Origin: Chiloscyllium plagiosum
Lineage: Eukaryota
Length of the DNA stretch: 62,927 bases
Direction: 5' to 3'
NCBI RefSeq assembly: GCF_004010195.1
Contig: NC_057719.1
Location: 34,310,158 to 34,373,084, forward strand
The notes below the pieces were generated by a model. It was not told the DNA's origin. It did no database searches and saw nothing but the letters and a program-made list of their open reading frames with translations. Below, in pieces: positions 26,290-39,409 of the stretch (position 1 is the stretch's first letter; each line of letters opens with the position of its first letter). The translations under genes and the position numbers were made by a program.

Positions 26290-26562
26290 TTTTTATGTGT
26301 GCTTCACAAAAAGCCAACATCTAGGTTCAGCAGGCAATATGGAAGGGAAATGGTCTGTGGCCCTTTATTTCTTAGGGAATGGACTATAAAAGTAAGGAGG
26401 CCTTCCTAAAACTATATAAGGCATTAGCCAAACCACACTTGGTACGCTGTGAACAGTTTGAGGCTCTTATAAGGAAAGATGTACTGGCATTGGACCCAGT
26501 CCAGAAAAAGTTCACTAAGTTCATTCTGAGTATGGAAGGATTTCCTGACAAGGAGAGGTTAA
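26290..26562 (+). mobile_element. CR1 ORF2 fragment
   Basis: ORF 26379..26636 MDYKSKEAFLKLYKALAKPHL...RKDVLALDPVQKKFTK. Confidence 0.75.
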
Positions 26563-26564
26563 GT

Positions 26565-27655
26565 AGAGTCATGCATTCATACAGCACGGAAACAGACCCT
26601 TCGGTCCAATCCATCCATGCCGACAAGGTTTCTTAAACTGAACTAGTCCCATTTACCTGTGTTTGGCCCATATACCTCTAAACCCTTACTATCCATGCAC
26701 TTATCCAAATATCTTTTCAATGTTGTAGACTGCATCTACCACTTCCTCTGGCAACTCATTCCATACACGCACCACCCTTTGTGCGAAAAAGTTGTCCCTC
26801 GGGTCCCTTTTAAATCTTTTCCCTCTCACCTTAAACCTATGCCTTCTAGTTTTGGATTCCCCTACTCTGGGAAAAAAGACCTTCTCTATTTACCCTATCC
26901 ATGCCCCTTATGATTTTATAAACCTATGTAATGTCACCCTTCAGCCTCTGATGCTGCAGGGAAAATAGCCCCAGCCAATCAGCTATTCCTATACCTCAAA
27001 CTCTCCAACCCTGGCAACATCCTTGTAAATCTTTTCTGCATTCTTTCAAGTTTAGGAACATTTTTCCTTTAGCAGGGAGACCAGAATTGAATGCAGTATT
27101 CTAAAAGTGGCCTCATCAATGTTCTGTACAGTTGCAACATCACATCCCAACTTCTACACTCAGTGCACTGACCAATAAATGTAAGTATACCAAATGACTT
27201 CTTCACTACCCTGTCTACCTGTGACTCCAACATCAAGGAATTATAAACCTGCACCCCAAAGTCATTTGATTGGCAACACTCCCAGAACCCTTAGGTGTAT
27301 AAGTCCTGCCCTCATTTGCCTTACCAAAATGCAGCACCTCATATTTATCTAAATAAACAACACCTGCCACTCCTCGGCCCATCGGCCCATCTGCTCAAGG
27401 TCCCATTGTACTCTGAGGTAACCAGCTTCACTGTCCACTACATCACCAATTTTGGTGTCATCTGCAAACATACTAACCATTCCTACTGTATGCACATCCA
27501 ATTCATCTATATGAAATGACAAACAGCAGTGGATCCAAAACCAATCATTGCAGCACACCACTGGTCACAGGCCTCAGTCCAAAAAACAACCCTCCACCAC
27601 CAGCATCTGTCTACTATCTTCAAGTCAGTTTTGCATCCAAATGGCTGGTTCTCTC
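26565..27655 (-). mobile_element. CR1 LINE 3' part
   Basis: ORFs 27349..27561 (MFADDTKIG) and 27069..27254 (RPLLEYCIQFWSP); CR1 tail at 26565. Confidence 0.9.
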
Positions 27656-27659
27656 TGGA

Positions 27660-27950
27660 GTGTGTTTATTGCCCTTCCCAATTGCACAGAGGGAAATTAA
27701 AAGTCAACTATTTTGTGCCAGACCAGATAAGAACAGCAGTTTCACTCCCTAAAGGAATTAGTGAACCAGATGGGTTTTTCCCTGACAATTGATTTGTAAC
27801 CATCATTAGACTCTTCATTCTACATTTTTTTTATTGAATTCAAATCCTACCGTCTGCTGTGGTGGGAATCTAACTAGGGTCTTCAAGGCATTATCTGCAT
27901 GTCTGGATTGGCAGTGCAACGATAATACCACTAGGTTGTCACCTCCCCAT
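27660..27950 (-). mobile_element. tRNA-derived SINE (second family)
   Basis: Shares ccctaaagga...tgaaccagatgg...ttattgaattcaaat with 41015-41670. Confidence 0.6.
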
Positions 27951-27989
27951 AATAGCAAGGTGATAATCAAATAATGTATTTTGATCATC

Positions 27990-28152
27990 TGACAGAGCAG
28001 TCCCATGTGAAAGACAGAGCGTCCAACCCACAGCACTCCCTCACACTGAAGTGCCGGCCTGGATGATCGGTTCAATAGTCTGTAAGTGAGAGCTGAAATC
28101 ACAGCCTCCTGAATCAGGAACAAGAGAGCTACCCACTGAGCCAAGGCAACCA
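27990..28152 (-). mobile_element. Deu-domain (SacSINE/AmnSINE-like) SINE 5' part
   Basis: cagcactccctcacactg core and tRNA-like head tggctcagtgggtagc on the minus strand. Confidence 0.5.
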
Positions 28153-28563
28153 TATGTCTGAGTAAAAATCTATTAGAATGTCACCACGTAGCATTTTTCA
28201 TCCTGGCAGTATGAGACACTAAAAATGTCTAAATAATAGGGAAAAAAATCTAAGTTATAGGATCATCATTTTATAATTGTTCAAGTGAAAACTCAGAAGA
28301 CTAATGAAAGAATATCGAATTTCATGTTTCACATTCACCAAATGTAAGAACCCCTGGCAAAATGTCGCTGCAGACAGCCCACAAATGATCTATCATTGAT
28401 CTCTCACTTGTGGTCCCTGCCTCATCAGTCCTGATTTGCTGCAGTTACACTCTGAACCAGTCAACAAAATGCGTCAGAGAAAATTGTTAGAGAAGGACTG
28501 TTTGACAAATAGAAAATGGATACTAGAACTTTGAGATACTATAATGACTAGATTGGAAATTAA

Positions 28564-28764
28564 GGTGTAGGTTTGCTCGCTGAGCTGTAGGTTTGATATC
28601 CAGACGTTTCATTACCTGGCTAGGTAACATCATCAGTTGCGACCTCCAAGTGAAGCGAAGCTGTTGTCTCCTGCTTTCTATTTATATCTTTCTCCTGGAT
28701 GGGGTTCCTGGGGTTTGTGGTGATGTCATTTCCTGTTCGTTTTCTGAGGGGTGGATAGATTAAC
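28564..28764 (-). mobile_element. Penelope-like fragment (second family) with hammerhead core
   Basis: 12-bp TSD attggaaattaa (28552-28563 / 28765-28776); minus strand CTGATGA tgttacc tagcca ggtaat GAAA cgtc. Confidence 0.8.
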
Positions 28765-29014
28765 ATTGGAAATTAACTTAGCTACACCTATCATTTCATA
28801 GTATCATGGAATCATGCAGCTTAAAAGGAGACCTTCCCATTCTTTGTATGTGAACCAACTCATTGCAAGAGTTCTCAAATTAGCCCCACTTTCATGATTT
28901 GTCCTCACATTCCTGCAATTTAATTCTTCTTAAGTATAAATTCCTCTTTCTGTTGAAGATTTCTATCAAATTTGCATCCACCCCATTTCAATGCACTGTA
29001 TTCCAGATTAAAGC

Positions 29015-29325
29015 AACATGAGGGGCATGGATAGAGCAAATATCTGGGGCGGGGAGTCAAGAACTGGATGGCATCGGTTTAGGATGAGAGGGGAAACATA
29101 TTAAATGGACCTAACGGGCAATTTTTCATGCAGAGGGTAGTGCATGTATGAAATGAGCTGCCAGAGGAAGTGGGGGAGGCTGGTACAATTACAGCATTTA
29201 AAAGGCATCTGGATGGGTATATGAATAGGAAGGGTTTGGAGGGATATGAGCCAAGTGCTGGCAAATGGGACCAGATTAATTTAGGATATCTGATCAGCAT
29301 GGATGGATATCTCTATGATTGTATG
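29015..29325 (+). mobile_element. CR1 3' end
   Basis: ORF 29170 EAGTITAFKRHLDGYMNRKGLEGY and CR1 tail. Confidence 0.85.
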
Positions 29326-29552
29326 AGTCGATGTCCCTCAAGTCATTTCTCTTCATTTCCTTCGTTCTTACCTCTGTATCTTCTGTTTATTTGATGATCC
29401 ATTCTATATCCAACATTTGTATTGTGACAAGTTATGTGAGCCTATTCTTTTCTGCTACTAATTTCTGATGAGCCTTTTTTCCTCCTTTACACTTGAGTTT
29501 CATTTTGTCAAACTATGGTAAACTGTTCACAGCTTTGCAATCTGTACATTCT

Positions 29553-29568
29553 CTGCCCTCTAGTGGCT
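29553..29568 (-). promoter_or_regulatory. CTCF-like motif
   Basis: Minus strand AGCCACTAGAGGGCAG matches the CCASYAGRKGGCR core, in sequence I could not assign to a repeat. Confidence 0.4.
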
Positions 29569-31432
29569 AAGACCTTGGGGAAGTTTCATACTGTGCAATC
29601 TATGAAATGTCCCATCATTTTCTGATGTTTATGTTCAGAACTTGAATCATATTAGTGAAAACAAAAGTTTTGTGATCACATTCCATAATGTATAATGGAT
29701 AACAATTGCTCACTTGAATACTCTTCAAAAGTAGCTTTTAATCTAAGAAAATTATTGCAGAAAAATAAAGGCATTAAATTTTATGAAATTAAGATTCAAA
29801 TATATTCCATCCAGTTATCTTCAGGTGAGAAATTTTGATGTGAAAATTAATTTCAACAGAAAGTGGTAGTTGTCTTCAAAGATCACAAGTGTGCTCGAAT
29901 CCAGTGCCAGTTTTCATGTCAGGTAATACTCTAATAATTAACTGTAATTTAAATTGTCTCTCCTTAGTGTTGTGATGTGACTGCTGATTAACGTTCCATT
30001 GTGCCAACAGGTATATGAGGAGTATTGGAGAGGCAATCAACTTCTAATGCTGACATCTAATTCTGTTCTACACGATGTTCTACATTTCTATATCATTGTG
30101 GGATGGTACAGATCAAGGCATTACCCTTGATCAATTATTTCACCATTAAGACTTTTGGTGCATTTGCTTTGTTAACTTATATTTTTCTATTGACTCGTGG
30201 GATGCATGCATTGCCAGCCAGGCCAGCATCCATTGCCTATCCATTGTTTGCCTTGAAAAGGTTATGTAGAACCCCTTTCTTGAACCGCTCAAACTATTTG
30301 ATGTAGGTGCACCCACAATGCCATTCAGGAGAGAGTTCCAGGGTTTGAACCAGCCACAACCGAAGAAATAGTTCTACATTTCCTAGTCAGGATGATGTGT
30401 GGCTTGAAGGAAAACTTGAAAGTACCAGTTTTCCTCTGTCTGTCCTGTCCTTGTTCTTCCATGTGGTAGAGGATGCAGGTTCGAATGGTGCTGTTGAAGC
30501 AGGCATGACTGCGGTGCATCTTGTATATTGTATTAGCTGGTGCCACTCTGTATCAACGATGGATGGAGTGTTACTCAAGCAGGCTGCTTTGTCTAGGATG
30601 GTGTTGATCTTCTTGAATATTGCAGGAGCTCATCCAGACAAAACAACAGCATTCCATCATATTTCTGGCTTATGCCTTGAAGAATTTAAGTTTCCATTTG
30701 TTTTTGTAGTTATGCTTTCCAGTTTAGATTTCTTTTTGTCTCTTTTTGATCACTGTTTTAACATATTGCTTCAAGTTCCTATATTCATCCTAAGGATCTC
30801 CCTTCCTTTTGTCCCTGTAGCATTTATTGAGTTTACATGCTGACTGATCTAACAACTTGTGCATCTGGGTAAAGTATCCTGGAGAAATTGTTAAGATTTA
30901 TAATTTTTTGTCAACCTTTAAATTCTCAAGCTTAGAAATCCTATTGAAATAGAATGTCATTGCAACAAAGAAGCCAATGCAATCATTTATCTTGTGGCAC
31001 AACTTACCAATGTTAATGATTTGAAGAAAATGAATGCACATTTAGCAGTGAGAAGACAGTTCAAAAGCATTTCTAAATGGTGGCCTCTCACAGAAGCATA
31101 TAACCTCCGTATATACTCATGTAAAGGTCAAATTTTAGGGATATTTTTATGGTTAAATTTATGGGGTGGATTATTAGCTGGCTACTACTTTTGGAGGGCT
31201 GAAATTGGTGCCCATCAAAATTAATTCTGTGTAATTAACAGAAGCCCACTTGATCTCTAATTGAACAAAGAAAAAAAAAGAGCAAATTATGATAATTAGT
31301 GGATGAAGACAATAGAAACAAAACTGAATTAATAATCTGCTTTTTGTTTCTTTGCTTGTTATTGTTTCTTTTTAAAGAAAACTTACCTTGGAGGGCTAAT
31401 GACATCATCAGTGCAGCTGAGGGACAGATAGG

Positions 31433-33742
31433 AGTGGGCTAGAGTCTGAGAGGGGAGCAGAACGGCCAGCAGACTGGAGTCCTGGAGTGGAGCGGGATGT
31501 CCAGCAGACTGGTGTCCTAGAGTGGAGCGGGATGGCCAGCAGACTGGAGTCCTAGAGTGGAGCGGGGCCAGCAGACTGGAGTCCTAGAGTGGAGCGGGAC
31601 GGCCAGCAGACTGGAGTCCCGGAATGGAGTGGGATGACCAGCAGACTGGAGTCCTAGAGTGGAGCGGGATGGCCAACAAACTGGAGTCCTAGAGTGGAGT
31701 GGGGCGGCCAGCAGACTGGAGTCCTGGAGTGGAGTGGGACGGCCAGCAGACTGGAGTCCTAGAGTGGAGCGGGATGGCCAACAAACTGGAGTCCTAGAGT
31801 GGAGCGGGATGGCCAGCAGACTGGAGTCCCAGAGAGGAGTGGGATGTCCAGCAGACTGGAGTCCTAGAGTGGAGTGGGACGGCCAGCAGACTGGAGTCAT
31901 AGAGAGGAGCGGGATGTCCAGCAGACTGGAGTCCTAGAGTGGAGCGGGACGGCCAGCAGACTGGAGTCCCGAGTGGAGCGGGATGTCCAGCAGACTGGAG
32001 TCCTGGAGTGGAGTGGGACGGCCAGCAGACTGGAGTCCTGGAGTGGAGCGGGATGGCCAGCAGACTGGAGTCCCGGAGTGGAGCGGGACGACCAGCAGAC
32101 TGGAGTCCCGGAGTGGAGTGGGATGTCCAGCAGACTGGAGTCTTGGAGTGGAGTGGGACGGCCAGCAGACTGGAGTCCTGGAGTGGAGTGGGACGGCCAG
32201 CAGACTGGAGTCCCGGAGTGGAGTGGGACGGCCAGCAGATTGGAGTCCTGGAGTGGAGTGGGACGGCCAGCGATTGGAGTCCTGGAGTGGAGTGGGACGG
32301 CCAGCAGACTGGAGTCCTGGAGTGGAGTGGGACGGCCAGCAGACTGGAGTCATAGAGAGGAGCGGGATGTCCAGCAGACTGGAGTCCTAGAGTGGAGCGG
32401 GATGTCCAGCAGACTGGAGTCCTAGAGTGGAGCGGGACGGCCAGCAGACTGGAGTCCCGGAGTGGAGCGGGATGTCCAGCAGACTGGAGTCCTGGACTGG
32501 AGTGGGACGGCCAGCAGACTGGAGTCCCAGAGTGGAGCGGGATGGCCAGCAGACTGGAGTCCCGGAGTGGAGCGGGACGACCAGCAGACTGGAGTCCCGG
32601 AGTGGAGTGGGACGACCAGCAGACTGGAGTCCTGGAGTGGAGTGGGACGGCCAGCAGACTGGAGTCCCGGAGTGGAGCGGGACGACCAGCAGACTGGAGT
32701 CCTAGAGTGGAGTGGGACGGCCAGCAGACTGGAGTCCTGGAGTGGAGGGGGACAGCCAACAGACTGGAGTCCCGGAGTGGAGCGGGACGACCAGCAGACT
32801 GGAGTCCTGGAGTGGATTGGGACGGCCAGCAGACTGTAGTCCCGGAGAGGAGTGGGACGGCCAGCAGACTGGAGTCCTAGAGTGGAGTGGGACAGCCAGC
32901 AGACTGGAGTCCTAGAGTGGAGTGGGACGGCCAGCAGATTGGAGTCCTAGAGTGGAATGGGACGGCCAGCAGACTGGAGTCCTAGAGTGGAGTGGGACGG
33001 CCAGCAGACTGGAGTCCCGGAGTGGAGTGGGACAGCCAGCAGATTGGAGTCCCAGAGTGGAGTGGGATGGCCAGCAGACTGGAGTCCTGGAGAGGAGCGG
33101 GATGGCCAGCAGACTGGAGTCCCGGAGAGGAGCGGGATGGCCAGCAGACTGGAGTCCTAGAGTGGAGTGGGACGGCCAGCAGACTGGAGTCCCGGAGAGG
33201 AGCGGGATGGCCAGTAGACTGGAGTCCCGGAGTGGAGCGGGACGGCCAGTAGACTGGAGTCCTGGAGTGGAGCGGGATGGCCAGCAGACTGGAGTCCCGG
33301 AGAGGAGTGGGACGGCCAGCAGACTGGAGTCCCGGAGAGGAGTGGGATGGCCAGCAGACTGGAGTCCCGGAGAGGAGTGGGACGGCCAGCAGACTGGAGT
33401 CCCGGAGAGGAGTGGGACGGCCAGCAGACTGGAGTCCTAGAGTGGAATGGGACGACCAGCAGACTGGAGTCCCGGAGAGGAGCGGGACGGCCAGCAGACT
33501 GGAGTCCTCGAGTGGAATGGGACGACCAGCAGACTGGAGTCCCGGAGAGGAGCGGGACGGCCAGCAGACTGGAGTCCTCGAGTGGAATGGGACGACCAGC
33601 AGACTGGAGTCCTAGAGTGGAATGGGACGGCCAGCAGACTGGAGTCCTAGAGTGGAATGGGACGACCAGCAGACTGGAGTCCCGGAGAGGAGCGGGACGG
33701 CCAGCAGACTGGAGTCCTAGAGTGGAGCGGAACAGCCGACAG
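31433..33742. repeat. 35-bp G-rich tandem satellite, about 65 copies
   Basis: Unit GGCCAGCAGACTGGAGTCCTGGAGTGGAGTGGGAC with recurrent variants; degenerate units at both ends. Confidence 0.97.
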
Positions 33743-34669
33743 AATGTGAATAATAATTATACTAATTATAGTGCTCGTTCAATAATGAACTTAAGAAATC
33801 CGTAGCCTAACTTTGGTATGAATTGTACATCAAAATTCATAATAGTACAAATAAAAGTTCATTTCCTCATTGTAACATTTATGTACAGGATAATACCTTG
33901 ACTCAGAAATGTTGATCTGCTACCTGTGAAGGACTGGGGTCAACTTTCACATGAGATACAAGGAGATTATAGATTTTTTAGCAAAAAATAGGGGGTTGAC
34001 TTTACTTTACAAAATATCATATTCCTAAACTGGAGCAGTTCCACTGATCATATCCATCTAAATTTGTTTCTGTTTGAGCAGTGTAGGCTGCAAGTCATGT
34101 TATGGCTTATTTACCAATATCCTATCATATTTTATATTTGAATCTGAACATTTTGGTTTATTAAATGTATGCCTTAGCACTCAATAAATCATGTTCCTTT
34201 GTTCATTTTACTTTGATTGTTCATGGGCTATTAATCTCACCAAGGCAGCATTTATAACCCATGCCGAATTGCCCTTGAGAAGGTAACAGGGAACTCCTAT
34301 CTTGAATCAATGCGAATGGTGTAATTACACATTCAGTGCAATGAGGGACAGATTTGGATGCAGCAACAATGGAAAAACAGTAATATAGTTCCAAGTCAGG
34401 ATGGTTTGTGACTTAGAGGGGAAGTTACTGGCGACAGCACTTCCATGAATCTGCTGCCCTTGTCTTTCTGGGTGATAGAGGTCATGGACTTGGAAGAGGT
34501 CTGAGACATTATTATGTGATTAAATTTCAAGGCTTCAGAAATATTTTCTCAATATAATTGCATTAAACCATTCACTCTATTAGGAACTTGAAACCTAAAG
34601 CACATTTCTTCCAATACGTCATTACTATATTACTACGTCATTACTAAGTGAAATGAAATGAACACTAAC

Positions 34670-34765
34670 TAAAGTGCTTCCAATTAAACCTGTTGGACTA
34701 TAACCTGGCATTATGTGATTTTTAACTGTGTCCACCCCAGTCCAACATCGGCATCTCCAAATCAT
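34670..34765 (+). mobile_element. Fragment of third Penelope-like family
   Basis: gtgcttccaattaaacctgttggactataacctgg is identical to the arm of 62071-62276. Confidence 0.75.
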
Positions 34766-35384
34766 GAAGTGAAATGCATTATCCAAAGGTTTCCTGAGAG
34801 ACAAACTTGATACAATATTTATGAAAAAGCTGAGGATAAGTTTCATCTAAATCCTAGCATTCTAATCCAACTTAAAATCTGACACTGGGCCTTGAGCTTA
34901 CAACTCCTTCAGGTGAGCTTCTATCTCTAAAGTTCCAGTTACAGTGTCCTCAGGAAAGTGATCCCTTCAGAAAAACTTGACAGCCCCAGTGGAAGTCAAC
35001 AGTGAAACTTGTTTTAGGCTAGCGAGTTGCCAAACAGGTTATGAAATGTCTAATTTCAGGTTACTTGTCAAGTAGGTGCATCTGGAGATGTTATAATACA
35101 ATGGATGATAATGTAGAAGAATGACAAAGAAACTTTACATTTAGTTCTGACTACTCCTGACATCAAAATTAGGTGAAATTGAATTTCATTTTAAGTATTC
35201 CTAGTGGGAAGGATGGAGAGCTCAAAATTGTCCAGGTGTGCTGGCATCATAGGAGCAGGAATAGGCTATTCAGCCCCTCAGGCTGTCTCCAGCAATCTAG
35301 GTCATATCATCTATCTCAATGTCATATTCTCACACTACCCCCCATGTCATCAGTGACTCAAAGTTATAATGCCTGTCTTGAGTC

Positions 35385-36716
35385 TTTTTTTTTATTTCAA
35401 AAATAAACTTTATTCATAAAATACTTTAATGGTCTGTACAGTTGGACATGCCATACATATGTAAACATTCCATTTGTTTGCATACCGAAAACAGAGTAAT
35501 CATTCCTATTTACAGGTCTGTACGATTACATTTTTAGCTGAGGCGTCAGCAGAGCCCAAATGACTGCGCGNNNNNNNNNNNNNNNNNNNNNNNNNNNNNN
35601 NNNNNNNNNNNNNNNNNNNNNNNNNNNNNNNNNNNNNNNNNNNNNNNNNNNNNNNNNNNNNNNNNNNNNNNNNNNNNNNNNNNNNNNNNNNNNNNNNNNN
35701 NNNNNNNNNNNNNNNNNNNNNNNNNNNNNNNNNNNNNNNNNNNNNNNNNNNNNNNNNNNNNNNNNNNNNNNNNNNNNNNNNNNNNNNNNNNNNNNNNNNN
35801 NNNNNNNNNNNNNNNNNNNNNNNNNNNNNNNNNNNNNNNNNNNNNNNNNNNNNNNNNNNNNNNNNNNNNNNNNNNNNNNNNNNNNNNNNNNNNNNNNNNN
35901 NNNNNNNNNNNNNNNNNNNNNNNNNNNNNNNNNNNNNNNNNNNNNNNNNNNNNNNNNNNNNNNNNNNNNNNNNNNNNNNNNNNNNNNNNNNNNNNNNNNN
36001 NNNNNNNNNNNNNNNNNNNNNNNNNNNNNNNNNNNNNNNNNNNNNNNNNNNNNNNNNNNNNNNNNNNNNNNNNNNNNNNNNNNNNNNNNNNNNNNNNNNN
36101 NNNNNNNNNNNNNNNNNNNNNNNNNNNNNNNNNNNNNNNNNNNNNNNNNNNNNNNNNNNNNNNNNNNNNNNNNNNNNNNNNNNNNNNNNNNNNNNNNNNN
36201 NNNNNNNNNNNNNNNNNNNNNNNNNNNNNNNNNNNNNNNNNNNNNNNNNNNNNNNNNNNNNNNNNNNNNNNNNNNNNNNNNNNNNNNNNNNNNNNNNNNN
36301 NNNNNNNNNNNNNNNNNNNNNNNNNNNNNNNNNNNNNNNNNNNNNNNNNNNNNNNNNNNNNNNNNNNNNNNNNNNNNNNNNNNNNNNNNNNNNNNNNNNN
36401 NNNNNNNNNNNNNNNNNNNNNNNNNNNNNNNNNNNNNNNNNNNNNNNNNNNNNNNNNNNNNNNNNNNNNNNNNNNNNNNNNNNNNNNNNNNNNNNNNNNN
36501 NNNNNTTTGCTGATACACTCCTCCCAAGACTTGGCACACACCCCGAACCAAATACCCAGCACCTTCAGGTGGTCGGTCCTGACAGTGAAGGGGATCGAGG
36601 ATTGGTCGGCCCAGTTCCCGAAGAGCATGGCCTCGCTCTTGCCTCGGTTTACCTTGGCCCCTGAGGCCCATTCAAACTGGTCACACATGCACATGAGTCT
36701 GCGCACGGACAGCAGA
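35385..36716 (-). mobile_element. 5'-truncated Tx1/L1-clade LINE spanning an assembly gap
   Basis: ORF FEWASGAKVNRGKSEAM...LKVLGIWFG (Tx1-like RT C-terminus); poly(A) at about 35385-35393 with AATAAA; perfect 14-bp TSD gcctgtcttgagtc (35371-35384 / 36717-36730). Confidence 0.88.
35571..36505. other. Assembly gap (N)
   Basis: Run of N. Confidence 1.
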
Positions 36717-37723
36717 GCCTGTCTTGAGTCCTATGAGGCAGGAAATTCCAAAGATTCACCACTTTCTGAATGAAAAGTTTTTTTCTACACCTCTGTCCTG
36801 AACAACTTGCCTTTTACTCTGTGTTACATTATCCTTCATTCTGTGTTTTATTTTGAAGGCTTTCAATAAAACCCAGGTATACCACATCCACTGTTTTCCC
36901 TTTACTGAATCTACTAGTAACATCCTCAAAAAGCCCTATCAGGTTTGTCAACATGATTTCCTTTCATAAATCAATGCTGAATCTGTCCAATCAGACAATT
37001 ATTTTCTAAACATCCAGTGATCACATTCTTAAAAATGGATTCAAGTATTTTCTACACTTATGGCATTATATTGACATTTGTGGTCTGTGGTTCCCTGCGT
37101 CCTCTCTCCCCCCTTTCTTAAACATTGGGTTACATTTACAAGCAGAGTTTTTAAAAATGATCACCAATGAAACCAATATTTCTCTCAACGTTGTCATGTG
37201 AAGGTCATTAGGTCTGAAAAATATATTAACTTTAAGTCCCATTAATTTCTCAAATGCTACTTTTTTACTCATACTAATTTCTTGCATTTTTGATACACTC
37301 ACTGAACTCTCGTATGGTGGGTACACTTACGTCGGGGAAATGTCGTATGTAGCCCTGTATGAAGACAGACAGAAAGTACTTCTTTAGCTTCTCTGCCACT
37401 CTCAGTGATCCCAATACTAGCCTCTTCTATACACATCCTGCCACTCCTTCTATCCTATCATTCTATATTCTGATTCTCCTCAATATCCTTTCTTTGCTTA
37501 AGTGTTTCCGCAATTGTTCTCAGTAACTCCTCCTTCGGTTCAAGATGTACTTTTGTCTAATTATGGTAATATCGGTTCCTTGAGATTTCACTGTTAAAGG
37601 TCTTGTTGTTTGTGCTACGTCATCATCATATATACCCCAGATGACATCTACATTTCATTTAAACCTTTATAAATTTCAAATGGAGTCATTGTAAAGATTC
37701 AACTCTAATCTACTAAAAGAAGT

Positions 37724-38027
37724 GGGTGGCACGGTGGCACAGTGGTTAGCACTGCTGCCCCACAGCGCCAGACAATTCAATTCCCGCCTCAGACGACTGA
37801 CTGTGTGGAGTTTGCACGTTCTCCCCGTGTCTGCGTGGGTTTCCTCCGGGTGCTCCGGTTTCCTCCCACAGTCCAAAGATGTGCAGGTCAGGTGAATTGG
37901 CCAGGCTAAATTGCCCGTAGTGTTAGGTAAGGGGTAAATGTAGGGGTATAGGTGGGTTGCGTTTCGGCAGGGACTTGTTGGGCCGAAGGGCCTGTTTCCA
38001 CACTGTAAGTAATCTAATCTAATCTAA
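37724..38027 (+). mobile_element. HE1-like V-SINE
   Basis: Same head, core and (TAATC)n tail as 18486-18823; small deletion near the B box. Confidence 0.92.
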
Positions 38028-39409
38028 AGGTCCCTGGTATTCATTTCTCAAAATCCCCAAAAGATTATAATGAGGATCAATTGCAGAGTATCCTAATCTG
38101 GAGAACTAATAACAGTGATACAATTAAAAGAGAATGCAGCTCAGTATATTTTTAAATCATTTAATGAAAAAAAAGTGGCTTGATTAAAAAAAAGAATGAC
38201 AAGTCATTAACAAACTATTCCAATCAGTTTAAATGTCCCAGTGACTTTTAATTTTTGGGATAAAATTAGGGAACAATTGGGTGGAAATTCCTTAAAATCT
38301 GTTTTGGAAGAAGGGATGAAATTAGTCTTCACATCCTCAGCACTCGCACTGCAAGCAAAAGTTTAGCATAAAACTGCACAATGTTTTATTTGGTGTTCTT
38401 GTTATTGTGTGTTGTATAATGTACAAGCTATTATATAGATTAAGGAAGATTGAGATGTTTTCAATTTTATTAGAGTGCTCTTGCAATTTGCACCCACTAT
38501 GGCAGGTTCACACATATCTGATTTTTCATAATATTGTTGATAGCAGTATGACATTTTACTGTTGCATTCCTTATCTTCATTCTACCTTATTATGCTCAAA
38601 TTAGTTTACAAAGCATAACATATGAGGCATGAAATTATAGCCTATCCCTTCTAATAGCGTACTGAATCCATTACCGTTCCCAAATGCAGACGGCTTATTT
38701 TCTAATCCTCTGATTCCAGCATGAAACACATTTCTACACAGAATGCTATGGGTCTGTTCTGCATCAACACTTAATGGAGATGGGGAATCTGTTAAGGAAA
38801 ACATCGAAGAAATCAATCACCCCTATGGTGAAGTTGTAAACAAATCCAACAATGGGCCAGCTTAATGGACAATTTTGTCGATGTTGACAAGGTTGGTCCT
38901 GCAGAATCACCATTTAACATGCAGTTCTGGATCACCTCAAATCTATGGTTTTCTACCACTGACCTCAGCATTATGAAGGGTGACAGAGCTAAAGCTAATG
39001 GTGGTGGTGGTGATATTCAATAGACTTTAGGCTTGCCTAAACTGTCTCCTAGCCAAATGTGTAGCTTACCTTGTCTAAAAGCTTGCTGAGAAGAGGTCAA
39101 ATCTCTTCTAACTTATAATACTAATCAAAGTACAAGAGTTATTTGTGATCCCAGCATGGCAGGATTTGCATGAGTCTAAGGTGGAGAGCCTGGTTTGGAC
39201 TAAAATGGACAGGTTTGAGATCTGCACGATATTATTCCTTCAGGCTTTGCATGAAACCAATGAACTCCATATGTCTATGGAAGATGTGGAGATATAGTTA
39301 GGCTGGCAAAGATTACTCCAATTTCATCAGCATCCCCTGAGTGAGCGGGGATAACATAAAGACGTGTTTATTCCTCCTCTTCGCTTCTGGTCTGCCAACT
39401 CATTCTCTG

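Noticed and set aside
31433..33742. Immunoglobulin switch-like region or CTCF array
   Set aside because: No Ig segments or RSS recognised nearby; TGGCCAGCAGA lacks the GGGC half of the CTCF core.
31517..33805. Many long overlapping ORFs (up to 321 aa)
   Set aside because: Products of the 35-bp satellite cycling through frames; no non-repetitive coding context.
35506..36706. 300+ aa ORFs (also 47790-48635)
   Set aside because: Artefacts of N gaps translated as X.
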